IMG/VR virus record: IMGVR_UViG_3300013125_000002
Source of the DNA: a virus
Strand: one strand, 5' to 3'
Length of the DNA stretch: 64,000 bases
Shown: piece by piece, positions 34,464-44,797 of the stretch
How the letters are laid out: every line of letters starts with the position of its first letter
How positions within the stretch are numbered: position 1 is the first letter of the stretch
Made by a program: the position numbers and the translations under genes
Notes under the pieces: generated by a model
The model's input: only the letters and a program-made list of their open reading frames with translations
What the model was told of the DNA's origin: nothing
The model's database searches: none

Positions 34464-36302
34464 CTATGCGAAAGTCATGATGGGTGTTCTTCTGAGTCGT
34501 TCCAGTGCAACGTTGCAGTAGTTGAGTGCATGCACGCTGTGTGGGTCAAGACCCAAATTGACCCACTCCATCTTGAAGCGACCGGTCTCCTCATCCTGGA
34601 CCGTCTTCTGTCGCACGATGCTCTTCATGTGCAGGTAGAAGTGCGTCTCGAAGATGTGGAGTGGTTCGTAGCGACCTGACTTTGGGCTCCGGCACACTTG
34701 AACAAGTGCCCGAGGGTGTGGCCATTCGAAGTCACGATCAGCAATCGATTTCATCGCCATCTCGATGGTGAGGTAGCGACTGAGAAGCACCGAGTACTTG
34801 AACTTGATCTTGGGTCCACCCTTCTTGACCGTTTGCTTCCACTTGGCTCGATCACCCCACTGGGCTACTTCCCTTTGCTGCTCGATGTACCAGGAGACAA
34901 AGACACGCTTTGGGTGATCTCGTGCGAACTCCATAGCCTCGTTGGCATTCGGCATCGCATCGATGATGCAGAGATCAACATCGTATTCCTTCATCAGCTG
35001 GTAGAGGCGCTTGAAAGGGGACTGTGGTTTCCCAGCTTCCCAGTAGAGCTGGTTGTGGTCATCAATGATCTCGAAATGGACAATGCGCTTCTTGTTCCCA
35101 AAGCGCTGGGCAATGACCACGTAAATGACACCGCTCATCTGATCCACACCCATGGCAGTGTGGCTCTTGCCCCCACCCCACATCAAATCAGTGTTCTCAC
35201 ACGCAATGAGATCATCATCAGTGACCGGAACATTCTCCTCGTCAACGTAGGGCTTGCCCAGTTTGGCGTTGAAAAACTCCTTGATGTTCTGGGTAGTCTG
35301 GTAGGCCTCCCAGATCTCAGCAGCAGTGATGAACTTCGAGAGCATCTGGTGGATGTGATAGCTGTGAACATTCGCTCCAGGATTGTGGGGGATGAACTGC
35401 CCATTCTGGGGATCGATGATCTTCATCTTGCAGCGTGGGCAGCGATAGTAGACCTCCCCTTTTTGAGTGAGAGCAATGCAATCTGGGAAGACCTCACTCA
35501 GGATCACTCCATCAGGGCAGTTACAGCGGGTATGCCAGAAGTTCTGAGTCCCTCGGAGGAACTGCTTGTGGATGTCGGCGTTAGGATAGCCAGCAGTTGA
35601 GACCTGGAGAACGTACTTGTAGGAGCTATGACTGATGCGCTCACGCGCCTGATCGATGTCTGCTGGATTGAGCAGTCGCACCTCATCGAATGCGATCATA
35701 TCGAAGGGTGTGGAGTCCTTCGACGCAATGCCACCCAGGTGTCTGAGGTAGAGCGCACTCTCCTTGCCAACCTGCTTGTAACCCAGGGTGTCAGAGTCCT
35801 TGACGGCCTCCTTCAACTCAGCATTGGAGTCGATGAGGGGAGACATACGATCTTTGCTGAGGAGTGTGACACCATCTTGGGTCGGGAAGAAGAAGCAGGC
35901 CTTGACAGCATTGTACATGCAGAAATGCAGTAGCTTGGTCAGCTCGAAGATCGTTGCCCCCATCTGAGCTGACTTCATAAGGGTGAACTCATGGGCTGTG
36001 TCGAGGTAGAGGGGGATCAAATAACGATGCTTGTCGAAGTCAAAAGGCCGGTGGTCAACTTTGAGACCGCTTGTAGCAACCCATAGCGCCAGGTTGACCT
36101 TGGTCAGAGCTCGTATCTGCTCTGGTGTGATGTTCTGCAGCCCCGAAGACTGTCCTAAGCTGCTCAAGTCAATCCCAGAGGGCGCCAGAGACGAGAAGAG
36201 GTCGTTAGCAGCCCCTGCACCTTTCGGCAGCTGTACAGGCGTCCTGGAGAGCTGCTGAATCGGTTTGGTGTAGGGTGTGCGTTTTGCGGTTGGGCTGCTC
36301 AT
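34464..36302 (-). CDS. Terminase large subunit (GpA-like)
   Basis: KSAQMGAT Walker A, IAFDE Walker B, VST motif, CxC/CPRC zinc sites, FFNAKLGKPY, MGVD nuclease. Confidence 0.88.
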   Translation of the reverse strand: MSSPTAKRTPYTKPIQQLSRTPVQLPKGAGAANDLFSSLAPSGIDLSSLGQSSGLQNITPEQIRALTKVNLALWVATSGLKVDHRPFDFDKHRYLIPLYLDTAHEFTLMKSAQMGATIFELTKLLHFCMYNAVKACFFFPTQDGVTLLSKDRMSPLIDSNAELKEAVKDSDTLGYKQVGKESALYLRHLGGIASKDSTPFDMIAFDEVRLLNPADIDQARERISHSSYKYVLQVSTAGYPNADIHKQFLRGTQNFWHTRCNCPDGVILSEVFPDCIALTQKGEVYYRCPRCKMKIIDPQNGQFIPHNPGANVHSYHIHQMLSKFITAAEIWEAYQTTQNIKEFFNAKLGKPYVDEENVPVTDDDLIACENTDLMWGGGKSHTAMGVDQMSGVIYVVIAQRFGNKKRIVHFEIIDDHNQLYWEAGKPQSPFKRLYQLMKEYDVDLCIIDAMPNANEAMEFARDHPKRVFVSWYIEQQREVAQWGDRAKWKQTVKKGGPKIKFKYSVLLSRYLTIEMAMKSIADRDFEWPHPRALVQVCRSPKSGRYEPLHIFETHFYLHMKSIVRQKTVQDEETGRFKMEWVNLGLDPHSVHALNYCNVALERLRRTPIMTFA

Positions 36303-36308
36303 GGTCCG

Positions 36309-37151
36309 TTACACACCAGGTGGGGGTCCGACAGGTGACCTCAACTCACTGTCATCCTCTTCATTGGTACCACGCTCTTCGATCTCCTCAATCTCAGGCG
36401 GCCCTGAGATGAAGCTCATCGACTCCATTCCTGCATCAAGAAGCCCCGGAAGGACCACGTTGATGTCGAGTCCATCTTCCACACACTTCTTGGAGATCTT
36501 CTCGATCAAGCGCTTCAACTTGTTGTTCATCTGGACCATGAGGTGCATCTTTGATCCAAAGGTGAAGAACATGAAGTTGAAGGGAACGGTATCCCCGTAG
36601 TCTGTGAACAGTCGATTCAGGATGTAGGAGAGATTGTCGATCAGCTTGAGCTGAGCGTTGGCCTCATCTGCTACCTTTCGAACCTTCTTCTCTTTGGCCT
36701 TCCGCTCTTCCTTGTAGTACTCCATCATCTCGTCGAGATCTTTGAAGCCCATCATCTCCTGCAGGACTTCAGTATCAAGGCTCTCTTCGTTGATGATCTC
36801 GTTTGCAAAACGAGTGAACTTGGTCGGGTCCAGCTCGCCCTTGAGACGATTGCGACGAATGACCTTGATCTTAGCTGTCAGTTCGTCCCAGTTATCCTTG
36901 ACGACTGCCGGTAGCTCCTCGTAGTCAAGGACACGAGCCGCTTTGTACCGATGGTTTCCCGAAACGATGCGGAACTCTTCAGGACCAAGATCAGGAGCGG
37001 GCACTACCTGGATGGGCTCATCAAAGCCATCCATCTCGATCTCTTGGACGAGATTGTTGAAGGTTTCGTTATCCTGCTCCTGTGGATTGCCCTCGAACTC
37101 GTGGAGGTGATCCACATGGATGTACTTGATATCAATCTCAGCACGCTTCAC
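36309..37151 (-). CDS. ParB/Srx-like domain protein
   Basis: NPQ...GFDEPIQV...IVSGNHRYKAA...N..KGE. Confidence 0.85.
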   Translation of the reverse strand: MKRAEIDIKYIHVDHLHEFEGNPQEQDNETFNNLVQEIEMDGFDEPIQVVPAPDLGPEEFRIVSGNHRYKAARVLDYEELPAVVKDNWDELTAKIKVIRRNRLKGELDPTKFTRFANEIINEESLDTEVLQEMMGFKDLDEMMEYYKEERKAKEKKVRKVADEANAQLKLIDNLSYILNRLFTDYGDTVPFNFMFFTFGSKMHLMVQMNNKLKRLIEKISKKCVEDGLDINVVLPGLLDAGMESMSFISGPPEIEEIEERGTNEEDDSELRSPVGPPPGV

Positions 37152-37873
37152 AGGTAACCTCCAATCAGGTGCCCACCAATGCGGTACAGGGTTTTGAAGT
37201 GGGCAGCATAAGGCACTCCCAAACGACTTCCGATCTCCTGTGCTCGAAGCGTGAGCATCTCAGGATGCCAAGGGTGCTCAAACCTTGGGGGCACCTCGGG
37301 GGTGTAGGCCTCCATGGCTTGCCGCTGGGCTTTGACGTGGCGTTTCTCGAGCGGCACAAACGTATCCCACTCGAGAGGAGCAGCCTCGATGTTGGGAATC
37401 TCATAGGCAAGAACTTCCAACGAACGGAAGTGGTGAGCAAGAAGAGCATCCGAGAATGGACGAACAGCCACAAGTGTGGCCATGGCTGCAACACGATGAT
37501 CCTGATGGAGGCACAAAGGATGATGAGTGTAGATCACAACATCATCTGCTTTGTATTTCAGAATCTCATCCATGATCACCGGAGCGATGCATCCAATCTC
37601 TGTCGTGCCCAATTGGCTTGTGGGCTTGAAGTCATGAACCTTTCGATCATGAACACCCAATGCTGCGTCCACCTTTCGGTATGCCTCCGAAATCTGATAT
37701 CTCATCTCGGACGTATATCGAGAGGTGTACGTTGTAGTGATCAGATGCACTACGACATGGGCTCCAGCCTCAGCATGAGCGGCCAGGGCTGCCCCCGGTC
37801 CAATCACTTCATCGTCAGCATGACAGCCAACTGCAATTACGAGCTTCATGCACCACTCCAGAGAAGGATGCAC
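37148..37873 (-). CDS. PIG-L/LmbE family deacetylase
   Basis: VGCHADDEVIG...YTHH...HQDH...YE. Confidence 0.85.
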   Translation of the reverse strand: MHPSLEWCMKLVIAVGCHADDEVIGPGAALAAHAEAGAHVVVHLITTTYTSRYTSEMRYQISEAYRKVDAALGVHDRKVHDFKPTSQLGTTEIGCIAPVIMDEILKYKADDVVIYTHHPLCLHQDHRVAAMATLVAVRPFSDALLAHHFRSLEVLAYEIPNIEAAPLEWDTFVPLEKRHVKAQRQAMEAYTPEVPPRFEHPWHPEMLTLRAQEIGSRLGVPYAAHFKTLYRIGGHLIGGYL

Positions 37874-38616
37874 ACATCCTTTGTGACGATGAATGGTTGC
37901 AACTGAGTGGCCATCATCATGAAGTCGTGCTTCAGATCACACATTTTGTAGAAGCTCGAACTGGTGAGATAGTTTCTGATCTCCTCACCATCTGTCAACT
38001 CGATCTTGCTTCGGATGTCAAAACGACCGACCTTCCCTGGCCAGCTTCGGAGCAGTGGCTCTACTACATGTTCTTGGGATCCATAGAGCTTCTTGAGAAC
38101 TGGAGGAACAGTTCCACAGGATTCTAGAATCCTCATCAATTCCTGGTTGCAGGTCTCAGCCGATGACGTGACACAAAGTAGACCATTTCGCTTGAGACAG
38201 GACCTGGCTTCCTCCAATGCAGCTTTGAGATCATTCAGGTAGTAGAGCGAATAGGAGGCCACGACCACTTCCCAGTGGTGCTTGGGGACGGGCCACGGAT
38301 ACTGATTGAGATCGTGCTTAATGACGTGACAACCTTGATCTTTTGCTCTAGCGATGAGGTCAGCATCGTTATCCAAGCCAACAGCCTCAACACCAAACAA
38401 TCCCTTAGCCCAGCCCAGAAATCTCCCCTCGCCACACCCAACATCGAGAAGAGAGGAAGGACGACGGTGCCAGTATGAAGATCGTGTGACATGCTCAAAC
38501 ACAACACGATCAACATCAAGCAATCGTCCACGATTGATCCTGTTCCAACAGTCCAATCCATCCCACGGCTTACTCATGAGCCAATCTCCCTGATGACTGG
38601 CCATTCCTCCTGGCAA
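37846..38616 (-). CDS. Class I SAM-dependent methyltransferase
   Basis: LLDVGCGEG...GLD...SLYYL...LKRNG. Confidence 0.88.
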   Translation of the reverse strand: MPGGMASHQGDWLMSKPWDGLDCWNRINRGRLLDVDRVVFEHVTRSSYWHRRPSSLLDVGCGEGRFLGWAKGLFGVEAVGLDNDADLIARAKDQGCHVIKHDLNQYPWPVPKHHWEVVVASYSLYYLNDLKAALEEARSCLKRNGLLCVTSSAETCNQELMRILESCGTVPPVLKKLYGSQEHVVEPLLRSWPGKVGRFDIRSKIELTDGEEIRNYLTSSSFYKMCDLKHDFMMMATQLQPFIVTKDVCILLWSGA

Positions 38617-40070
38617 TCATCGTAGAGCCCAATCTGATGGAGCCGAGACATCCATTCAGCACGGTTCACTTCGGTGGTGGGATAGCGCAGAGCGTGGCGA
38701 TTGAAGTCCCAAGGAGACTCCATAACGTTCGTGATGCGCTGAGCGAAGTCAGCAAAGGAGATCGGGAACTTGGCGCCTTGCTTGGCAGCCTTGAGGATCT
38801 CCGTCCACTGAGTTTCCTTCACCCTCTTCTTACCAGCGAAGTACTTCTCTCTGATCCACTCCAAAGTGCGCTGGTTATTATCCGGAGAGTGGTAGTGGGC
38901 TCGGATGTACTTCTTCACATCCTTCAGTGCATCTTGGACTGAGTCATCCTTCCAGTGATCTTTCATCCACAAGATCATCTGAAGGACTTCCTTATCAGAA
39001 TCACACTTGTAGGGCCACGTGGGGAGCATCTGCTGGCTCCAAGGAGCCTTCCGCATGATCACCGGCACACCCATGTAGAGCAGCTCACAGGTTGTGTGAG
39101 AACCCTCAGCGTACTGGGCGAGATTCAGGGACACGTGGCAAGAGGCTGCCCGTCTCACGTACTCGTCACGTGGACAAGGAGCTTTGATATCGAAGTGCTT
39201 GTACTTGGAATCCCACTCCTCTTTGGTGATGCTACGGGGTCTGATTCTTCCACTGGGGGAATTGATCACAACACGGATCTTGTCTTTCGAGAGGACATAG
39301 GCTCGATTGATGATCTCCAGCCCATCCTCGAATCGGTACAGAGCGTAGGTTCGGAAAGACCAATTGATCGAGAACAAAGGGTCCTTCTCGATCTTCTTGG
39401 CATCCTCTTCTAGCTGGTCACAATTGAAACCAGAGTAGATGAAGGTACTTCGTTCCTGAAATTGACGAACCACATGTGGCTTGAAGAAGCTTCGCAAGAC
39501 AGCTTCAGCTCGGTGTAGTTGATTCTCAGCGTCGAAGATATTGTAGCCGATCAACCAACCCACACACTGGGCATAAAGCAGCCAGGGAACGATGTCATTA
39601 GCCAGCATGTCTTGGTCGAAGACATAGCCATTGCGAGAGCAGAAGACAAAGGACGGTGAGAAACGACCCAAAGTCCACGGTGTGATTGACGACAGCATCG
39701 TTGCTGCCATCGGAATGCGATTCGTCAAGAACACATCGAAGTGATACCCGGGCCGGAGGAAGTTGAAGTCGTTGTAGAGACTCAGAACTCCAGGGTTCCT
39801 CATCTCCTCACGCTGTCGTACAGCTTCATCCCAGAACAGCAATTTGATCCTGGGGTGCTTCAATATCTCGAGGTCTTTGAGTGGAAGCTTCCAGTAATAC
39901 TCGTACTTATGCCGAGGCCTCGGTACGCGATTGGGGGCCACCAAATACCAGAAGTCCTCAGGGTAGAGCCTCACCCCATCAGCAGCCATGTCTCGGTCAA
40001 CACGCCAGATGTGATCACTGGACATGCTGTTGGAGTTACTCAATACGGAGTAGCACAGGAATCGCATCAT
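38574..40070 (-). CDS. Putative glycosyltransferase (GT-B)
   Basis: REEY-like PRDEY...EG..TTCELLYMGVPVI GT4-like C-domain. Confidence 0.65.
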   Translation of the reverse strand: MMRFLCYSVLSNSNSMSSDHIWRVDRDMAADGVRLYPEDFWYLVAPNRVPRPRHKYEYYWKLPLKDLEILKHPRIKLLFWDEAVRQREEMRNPGVLSLYNDFNFLRPGYHFDVFLTNRIPMAATMLSSITPWTLGRFSPSFVFCSRNGYVFDQDMLANDIVPWLLYAQCVGWLIGYNIFDAENQLHRAEAVLRSFFKPHVVRQFQERSTFIYSGFNCDQLEEDAKKIEKDPLFSINWSFRTYALYRFEDGLEIINRAYVLSKDKIRVVINSPSGRIRPRSITKEEWDSKYKHFDIKAPCPRDEYVRRAASCHVSLNLAQYAEGSHTTCELLYMGVPVIMRKAPWSQQMLPTWPYKCDSDKEVLQMILWMKDHWKDDSVQDALKDVKKYIRAHYHSPDNNQRTLEWIREKYFAGKKRVKETQWTEILKAAKQGAKFPISFADFAQRITNVMESPWDFNRHALRYPTTEVNRAEWMSRLHQIGLYDDCQEEWPVIREIGS

Positions 40071-40078
40071 CCACCAGA

Positions 40079-41227
40079 TCAGATGAAGTTAGCGTGCAGG
40101 CGAAGACTGCTCTCCCTCACGTAGTTGAGAACCTCATTGAGATAATCGTATCGACACGCCGAACACCTACGAACAAAAGACGAGTCACTTTCGATCTTCT
40201 CGATGATTGACTTCCTACGTTCTCCGAACCAGATCGACTTGAAATCTTGATCGTGGATATTGCCAAAGTAGAAATCATCCGAAGCGAAGCTAAGTGGACA
40301 GCAAAGGAACACAGCCCCATTTGATGAGATCGAAGCTACGAAATGGTGACTGAAGCAGTGCTGGAACTGGCGCAGGCGAATGTCGAAGTACTCCATGCGA
40401 GTGAAGAACACACGAAAGCGGTCGCTCTCGTTGTACTTCAATTGGATCTTATTGATCTGTTCAAAACCAAAGTGGTAGACGGCATGGAGTGGAGGCTTGA
40501 TGGTGGTCCCTGTACCAGGACTCTCCATGTAAATGGGCTTGAACTGAATGTAGTCCAGCCCTATCTCCCTCACCTTTGACACCAGTTCATCAATTGCTAT
40601 CAGATCGTTATTGATCTGAGAGATGATGTACGACACCCCCACAACAAGGGGTCGTTTCCCATTCTGACGGTCTCTGCCTGCTGCTCGGCGAGCCTGGACT
40701 AGCTGTCTCAGGTTGCCCCAGAGCCGCTCCCAATCTGTCTGCCTTCCTCGATGAGCCAACTGGTATTGCTCTGGCGTGGCTGCATCCAAGCTGATCCTTA
40801 CGAACTCAGCATCAGCAACGATGCGCTTGAGAATGCCCTCTGAGAAAAGAATTCCATTGGTCAGGTAGGAGACATTGAGCCCAGCGTCCACCGCCAGATC
40901 ATGGAACGAGCAGATGTTGGGGTGGAGAAGTGGCTCACCGCCACCTGTGAACAGCATTGCTCGAGTGCTGAGGGCCTTGGCATCCCGACAGAGCCCACGG
41001 AAGGCATCGAACTCAAGTCGGCTACGCCCGGGGCCACTATTGACTCCAGCGTAAGCACACCACGAGCAATGATGATTGCAGGCCCCTGTTGGTGAGACTT
41101 CGATCAAGATGGGGCTGCAGTCTCCTGTCTCTTCCCACTCTTGGATGGTTGCTCGGTTCTGCCGATCCCACAACTTCATTGCCGATTCAATGACGGAGTA
41201 CCGAGTTTCCATGATCCCTAGTCGCAC
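40079..41227 (-). CDS. Radical SAM protein with SPASM/twitch domain
   Basis: CNHHCSWC, TGGGEP, TNG, RISLDA; C..G.V..CC...GNI...C..C. Confidence 0.92.
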   Translation of the reverse strand: MRLGIMETRYSVIESAMKLWDRQNRATIQEWEETGDCSPILIEVSPTGACNHHCSWCAYAGVNSGPGRSRLEFDAFRGLCRDAKALSTRAMLFTGGGEPLLHPNICSFHDLAVDAGLNVSYLTNGILFSEGILKRIVADAEFVRISLDAATPEQYQLAHRGRQTDWERLWGNLRQLVQARRAAGRDRQNGKRPLVVGVSYIISQINNDLIAIDELVSKVREIGLDYIQFKPIYMESPGTGTTIKPPLHAVYHFGFEQINKIQLKYNESDRFRVFFTRMEYFDIRLRQFQHCFSHHFVASISSNGAVFLCCPLSFASDDFYFGNIHDQDFKSIWFGERRKSIIEKIESDSSFVRRCSACRYDYLNEVLNYVRESSLRLHANFI

Positions 41228-41835
41228 TTCTCGAGGTAAATGTCACCCTCAGAGAGAAAGAAGAGGTGGTTGGCGGCCGAGAAGAGACACTGTGAAGCTG
41301 TGCGCTGGAAAGTGTAGACCTCCACTCGCCGTCCTCGTTCCTGCACAGTCTGGATCAGAGGCAGATAGTCACCATCACCACTGACGATCACCAATGTATC
41401 GAAGGTGCCAAGCGCCTCCATGGTGTCGACAGCAATGCCTACATCCCAATCAGTGTGGAAGGGCTTGGTGATGCCCTTCTCGTAACGCATCTGGCGGATC
41501 TTGACTTCGTAGCCAAAGCGCTGAAGGGATTCCTGGAACTTCTCAGGACGAGGAAGCGCTTCTTTGATCTTACCGCTAGAGGTTACTTTGCGATGGGGAG
41601 CCAAAACTGTGTAGGCAACAGCTCGTATCTCACGACTCAGGCCTGGATAGACATCCTGTTTGATCCTATCCAGAAGGCCAGCATAGTTGACCCTGGCCGA
41701 TTGACCAAAAGCCTCTCGGCAGGATCGCCACAAGTTGCTCACGTCTACTGCAACGTGAACACGCTCAGTGGCTACTTCTTGAGGTCGTTGTGGCTGCACT
41801 GGCACTGGGTCAGAGGTTTCTGGCAGGTTGCGCAC
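41218..41835 (-). CDS. NYN-domain (LabA/DUF88) protein
   Basis: VDVSN...DWDVGIAVD...VSGDGDY.PL...GRRVEV. Confidence 0.88.
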   Translation of the reverse strand: MRNLPETSDPVPVQPQRPQEVATERVHVAVDVSNLWRSCREAFGQSARVNYAGLLDRIKQDVYPGLSREIRAVAYTVLAPHRKVTSSGKIKEALPRPEKFQESLQRFGYEVKIRQMRYEKGITKPFHTDWDVGIAVDTMEALGTFDTLVIVSGDGDYLPLIQTVQERGRRVEVYTFQRTASQCLFSAANHLFFLSEGDIYLEKCD

Positions 41836-41899
41836 TTGGGGATCGAGACTGGTTCTGGCTTTGTTCCAGACGCTGGCTTAGGCTGCTGCTCTGCCACAA

Positions 41900-42463
41900 T
41901 CACACCGCCTTCTTGACTGGAGTTCGTTTGGGCTCACTGATCTTGTTGTCAATCACAAGCCCATAGTAGGCGAGAAGAGCTGCATCCGCACGACCATCCA
42001 ACGATGCAACCTTGCCTTTGGGTTTGGTAAGAGGGAGTGCCGGAAACAGTCGCTGACACTTGGCAACTGATCTTGCTTTAGTGTCATCACCACCTACTCC
42101 CGTCACTACACGTTTCATCCAGGTCTGTGCCGGCACAATCTCATAAGAGAGCTTGAGCCCTGCCAAGATCCCCTTCCAGAGACCAAAGCCCTCACCAGTC
42201 TTGAATGTCGAGGAAACCCCCTGCTTGGTCATGGGTCGTGCCTGCTCCAACATCACCATGACCGGCATTCCCAGCGCCGACTTCACGACCTCCTCGAGCC
42301 TGGACACCATCTCCTGCTCGAGAAACGCATTCTTGGTCTTGCCCTTCGCCCCAAGATCAATGATAGGCGTATCGAAGTAGGCAAAGACCTCTAGCGTGTT
42401 TGTGATTGCTACGACAGCCCCGTGGAGCCCGCCATCAATCCCGACTGATAGCCAACTGGCCAT
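41900..42463 (-). CDS. RuvC-like Holliday junction resolvase
   Basis: VGIDGG..GA...LEQ...QGVSSTF..G..FG...P.TW...DGRADAALLA. Confidence 0.85.
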   Translation of the reverse strand: MASWLSVGIDGGLHGAVVAITNTLEVFAYFDTPIIDLGAKGKTKNAFLEQEMVSRLEEVVKSALGMPVMVMLEQARPMTKQGVSSTFKTGEGFGLWKGILAGLKLSYEIVPAQTWMKRVVTGVGGDDTKARSVAKCQRLFPALPLTKPKGKVASLDGRADAALLAYYGLVIDNKISEPKRTPVKKAV

Positions 42464-42496
42464 GAAGATCTCCCAATGATTGATCTCATGGGCCTG

Positions 42497-42526
42497 ACTC
42501 TACACCCAGCTGGTTCTAGGAGTCAA
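42497..42526 (-). promoter_or_regulatory. Sigma70-like promoter TTGACT-N18-TAGAGT with CTGGTTCTAG in spacer
   Basis: Upstream of the RuvC-modification-terminase operon. Confidence 0.55.
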
Positions 42527-42888
42527 TCACTAGATACTTCCTTGAGAAGACGGTCCACATAGCCTCGACGCTCGCCCACGCACCACCAACGAAGGAAGGT
42601 ATTCTCGTCCCGAAGAGCTTGTAGCTCTGAAGGATTAAGCTGTGGAGCAACCTCAGCAACCACGTTGGCGACCACTGCCGGAAGCGTGACTCCAGTGTCT
42701 TTCTCACGTTGCACCAGGGCTTTCTGGGCCTTCAACAGAAGATGTTCCGATTGAGAGACCTTCATCACCCAGTTTCGGGCACTCACCCGGCTCACACTGA
42801 AGTGTCGTCCAATCTGAGCCAGATCGAAACCACGCTGCTTCATCACCCAAGACTTGATTGCCTTCGCATCTGTGTACTTCTTGCTCAC
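42523..42888 (-). CDS. Hypothetical HTH-like protein
   Basis: LAQIGRHFSVSRVSARNWV. Confidence 0.5.
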   Translation of the reverse strand: MSKKYTDAKAIKSWVMKQRGFDLAQIGRHFSVSRVSARNWVMKVSQSEHLLLKAQKALVQREKDTGVTLPAVVANVVAEVAPQLNPSELQALRDENTFLRWWCVGERRGYVDRLLKEVSSD

Positions 42889-44257
42889 GACTTCCTCCGT
42901 TTCTCTGCAAGAGCTGCAAGAACTCGACGTTGCTCAGCCCGCTCCAGACGAGCTTTGGCCTCTTCGATCTCCTCAGCTACTTGTTTCTGCAGTGAGCGAT
43001 CCAACCTGAACTTGCGGAGGAAGTCATTGATCTGAATGTACAGGCTTATCTTGGTCCCTGGATCAACCGGTGTCAAAATGAGCACCGGCATCTGATAGAA
43101 CATGGCGATGATCCTAAATGTGGTCTTCGCCAAGTTGCGGTAGATCACCGCTTGCCGATGCTTTAGGCCAAAACGCTTGGCCTCCCTTTCTAGAAATCGT
43201 TGATTCCAGGACACCCTCCGCAGATCTTGATCTGCCTCCAGTGCCACAAAATCGAGTGGTGCAGCTACATCTGACATTGATCACCTCGTGACATGACATC
43301 CTCTTACTAAGACCTTCACGTCTGTTGTGTTAGTGTCCTCAATGGCCTCACGTAACTTCTTGAGTAGTTCTTCCCCCTCAATGTGGGTATCTGAAAAGTC
43401 GATCAGCACACTTCGCGGACGGTGAACCTGCAGCTTGACCGACTCAGGAGTCACTACAAATAAAGGCTTGTCATTCAGCTTGCTGTGCGTCTCACTTGCC
43501 CACTTTGCCAAACGTTTCACTCGTTCTTCACTATACGAGTCATCAGGCAGAGTGATTTGAATGAGAGCTTGATTGGGGCCAAGATCTACTTGATGTGCTT
43601 TAGCTTCCGGAATGACAACAACAGAATCAGGCATGCTCCAGAATGCAGAACGTGACGACATCTATGACCCCAGGTTGTACCCTTCCGCCCAATAGCCTTT
43701 CGGGTCTGGACCGAAACCTGTATGTCCTCTTTCTCTGCCTTGATCTCAGCCACAATCTGCCGAAGCTGGAACACTTCCTTTGGGACCGTGAGGTCCAACT
43801 GCAGAGAGAATGCTCCCTTGGGCGCCCGCTGCATGACCCTGACCGCCTTGAACCCCACGACCTCTCGACTCCCATAGCGGGAGTAAACGGGTTCTAGAAC
43901 AAGGTAGCACGTCGACTTCAGGTCTTCAGTCTTCATCGGCTTCCTTCCGGTAATGCATGATAGCCTGAACGATCTCTACCACAAGATCAGAGATGATGAG
44001 CAACACCAGAATCGTCAAGACTGGATGCTCAGCAGCAAAGTCAAGGATCAACTTCTTGAAGTCCATTCTCTCAGGCATCCTCTTCCAGTACTGCTACATA
44101 TCGACGCAGCTCTTCGATCAATACAGCATCCGTGTACTCTGTCTTGTGATCTTCGAGAACATTCATGATGCCCTGACGAAGGAAAACAACACGTTCTTCA
44201 GCACGCTCCGCCCGACACAGATGCTTGAACCGTTCGAATCTCCGTTTTCGACCCCGC

Positions 44258-44629
44258 TCAGCCTTTCGTGCCATTGTCATGGTCAGTGTCACGTCCTTCC
44301 ATGATGGCCAGGGCTACCTGCATCGCTTCCTGGCGACCCCGTTCAAACTCCGAAGCGTAAAAGTTGTAGGGGTGGCTGCGTAGCTCTGCCAGCCGCTTCT
44401 CCCAGCGATTGGCCTCTTCATTCCCACCGATGGACCGGTTGGCAGCCGCTACCTCAGCTACCATTACTTTCGACTTGGCTACGATATCATCACACAATTC
44501 AGCCAGTAGCACCTGTGCAGTGGCCATGGCTTCAGCATGACCCTGTGCCCAACCATCATCTTTGCCGTCCTCAAGCCCTCGTTCGTAACTCTCACGAGCG
44601 TAGAAGCTCACATTATCGTCGAATGGCAT
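44258..44629 (-). CDS. Hypothetical protein
   Basis: GGAGA RBS. Confidence 0.5.
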   Translation of the reverse strand: MPFDDNVSFYARESYERGLEDGKDDGWAQGHAEAMATAQVLLAELCDDIVAKSKVMVAEVAAANRSIGGNEEANRWEKRLAELRSHPYNFYASEFERGRQEAMQVALAIMEGRDTDHDNGTKG

Positions 44630-44797
44630 CTGATCTCCACTGCAGATGGCGTCTGAAACACCACCTAATGGTCTTCACTCCAGGTTGTGCTTCACGGTAG
44701 TCCAAGATGACCACCCGCTCTCCACGGTCCTTACTCACCCTGCGAGTGATCCTATACCAGAACCGCCGTGCCCGTAGCCGCTTCCTTCGACGAGGTG

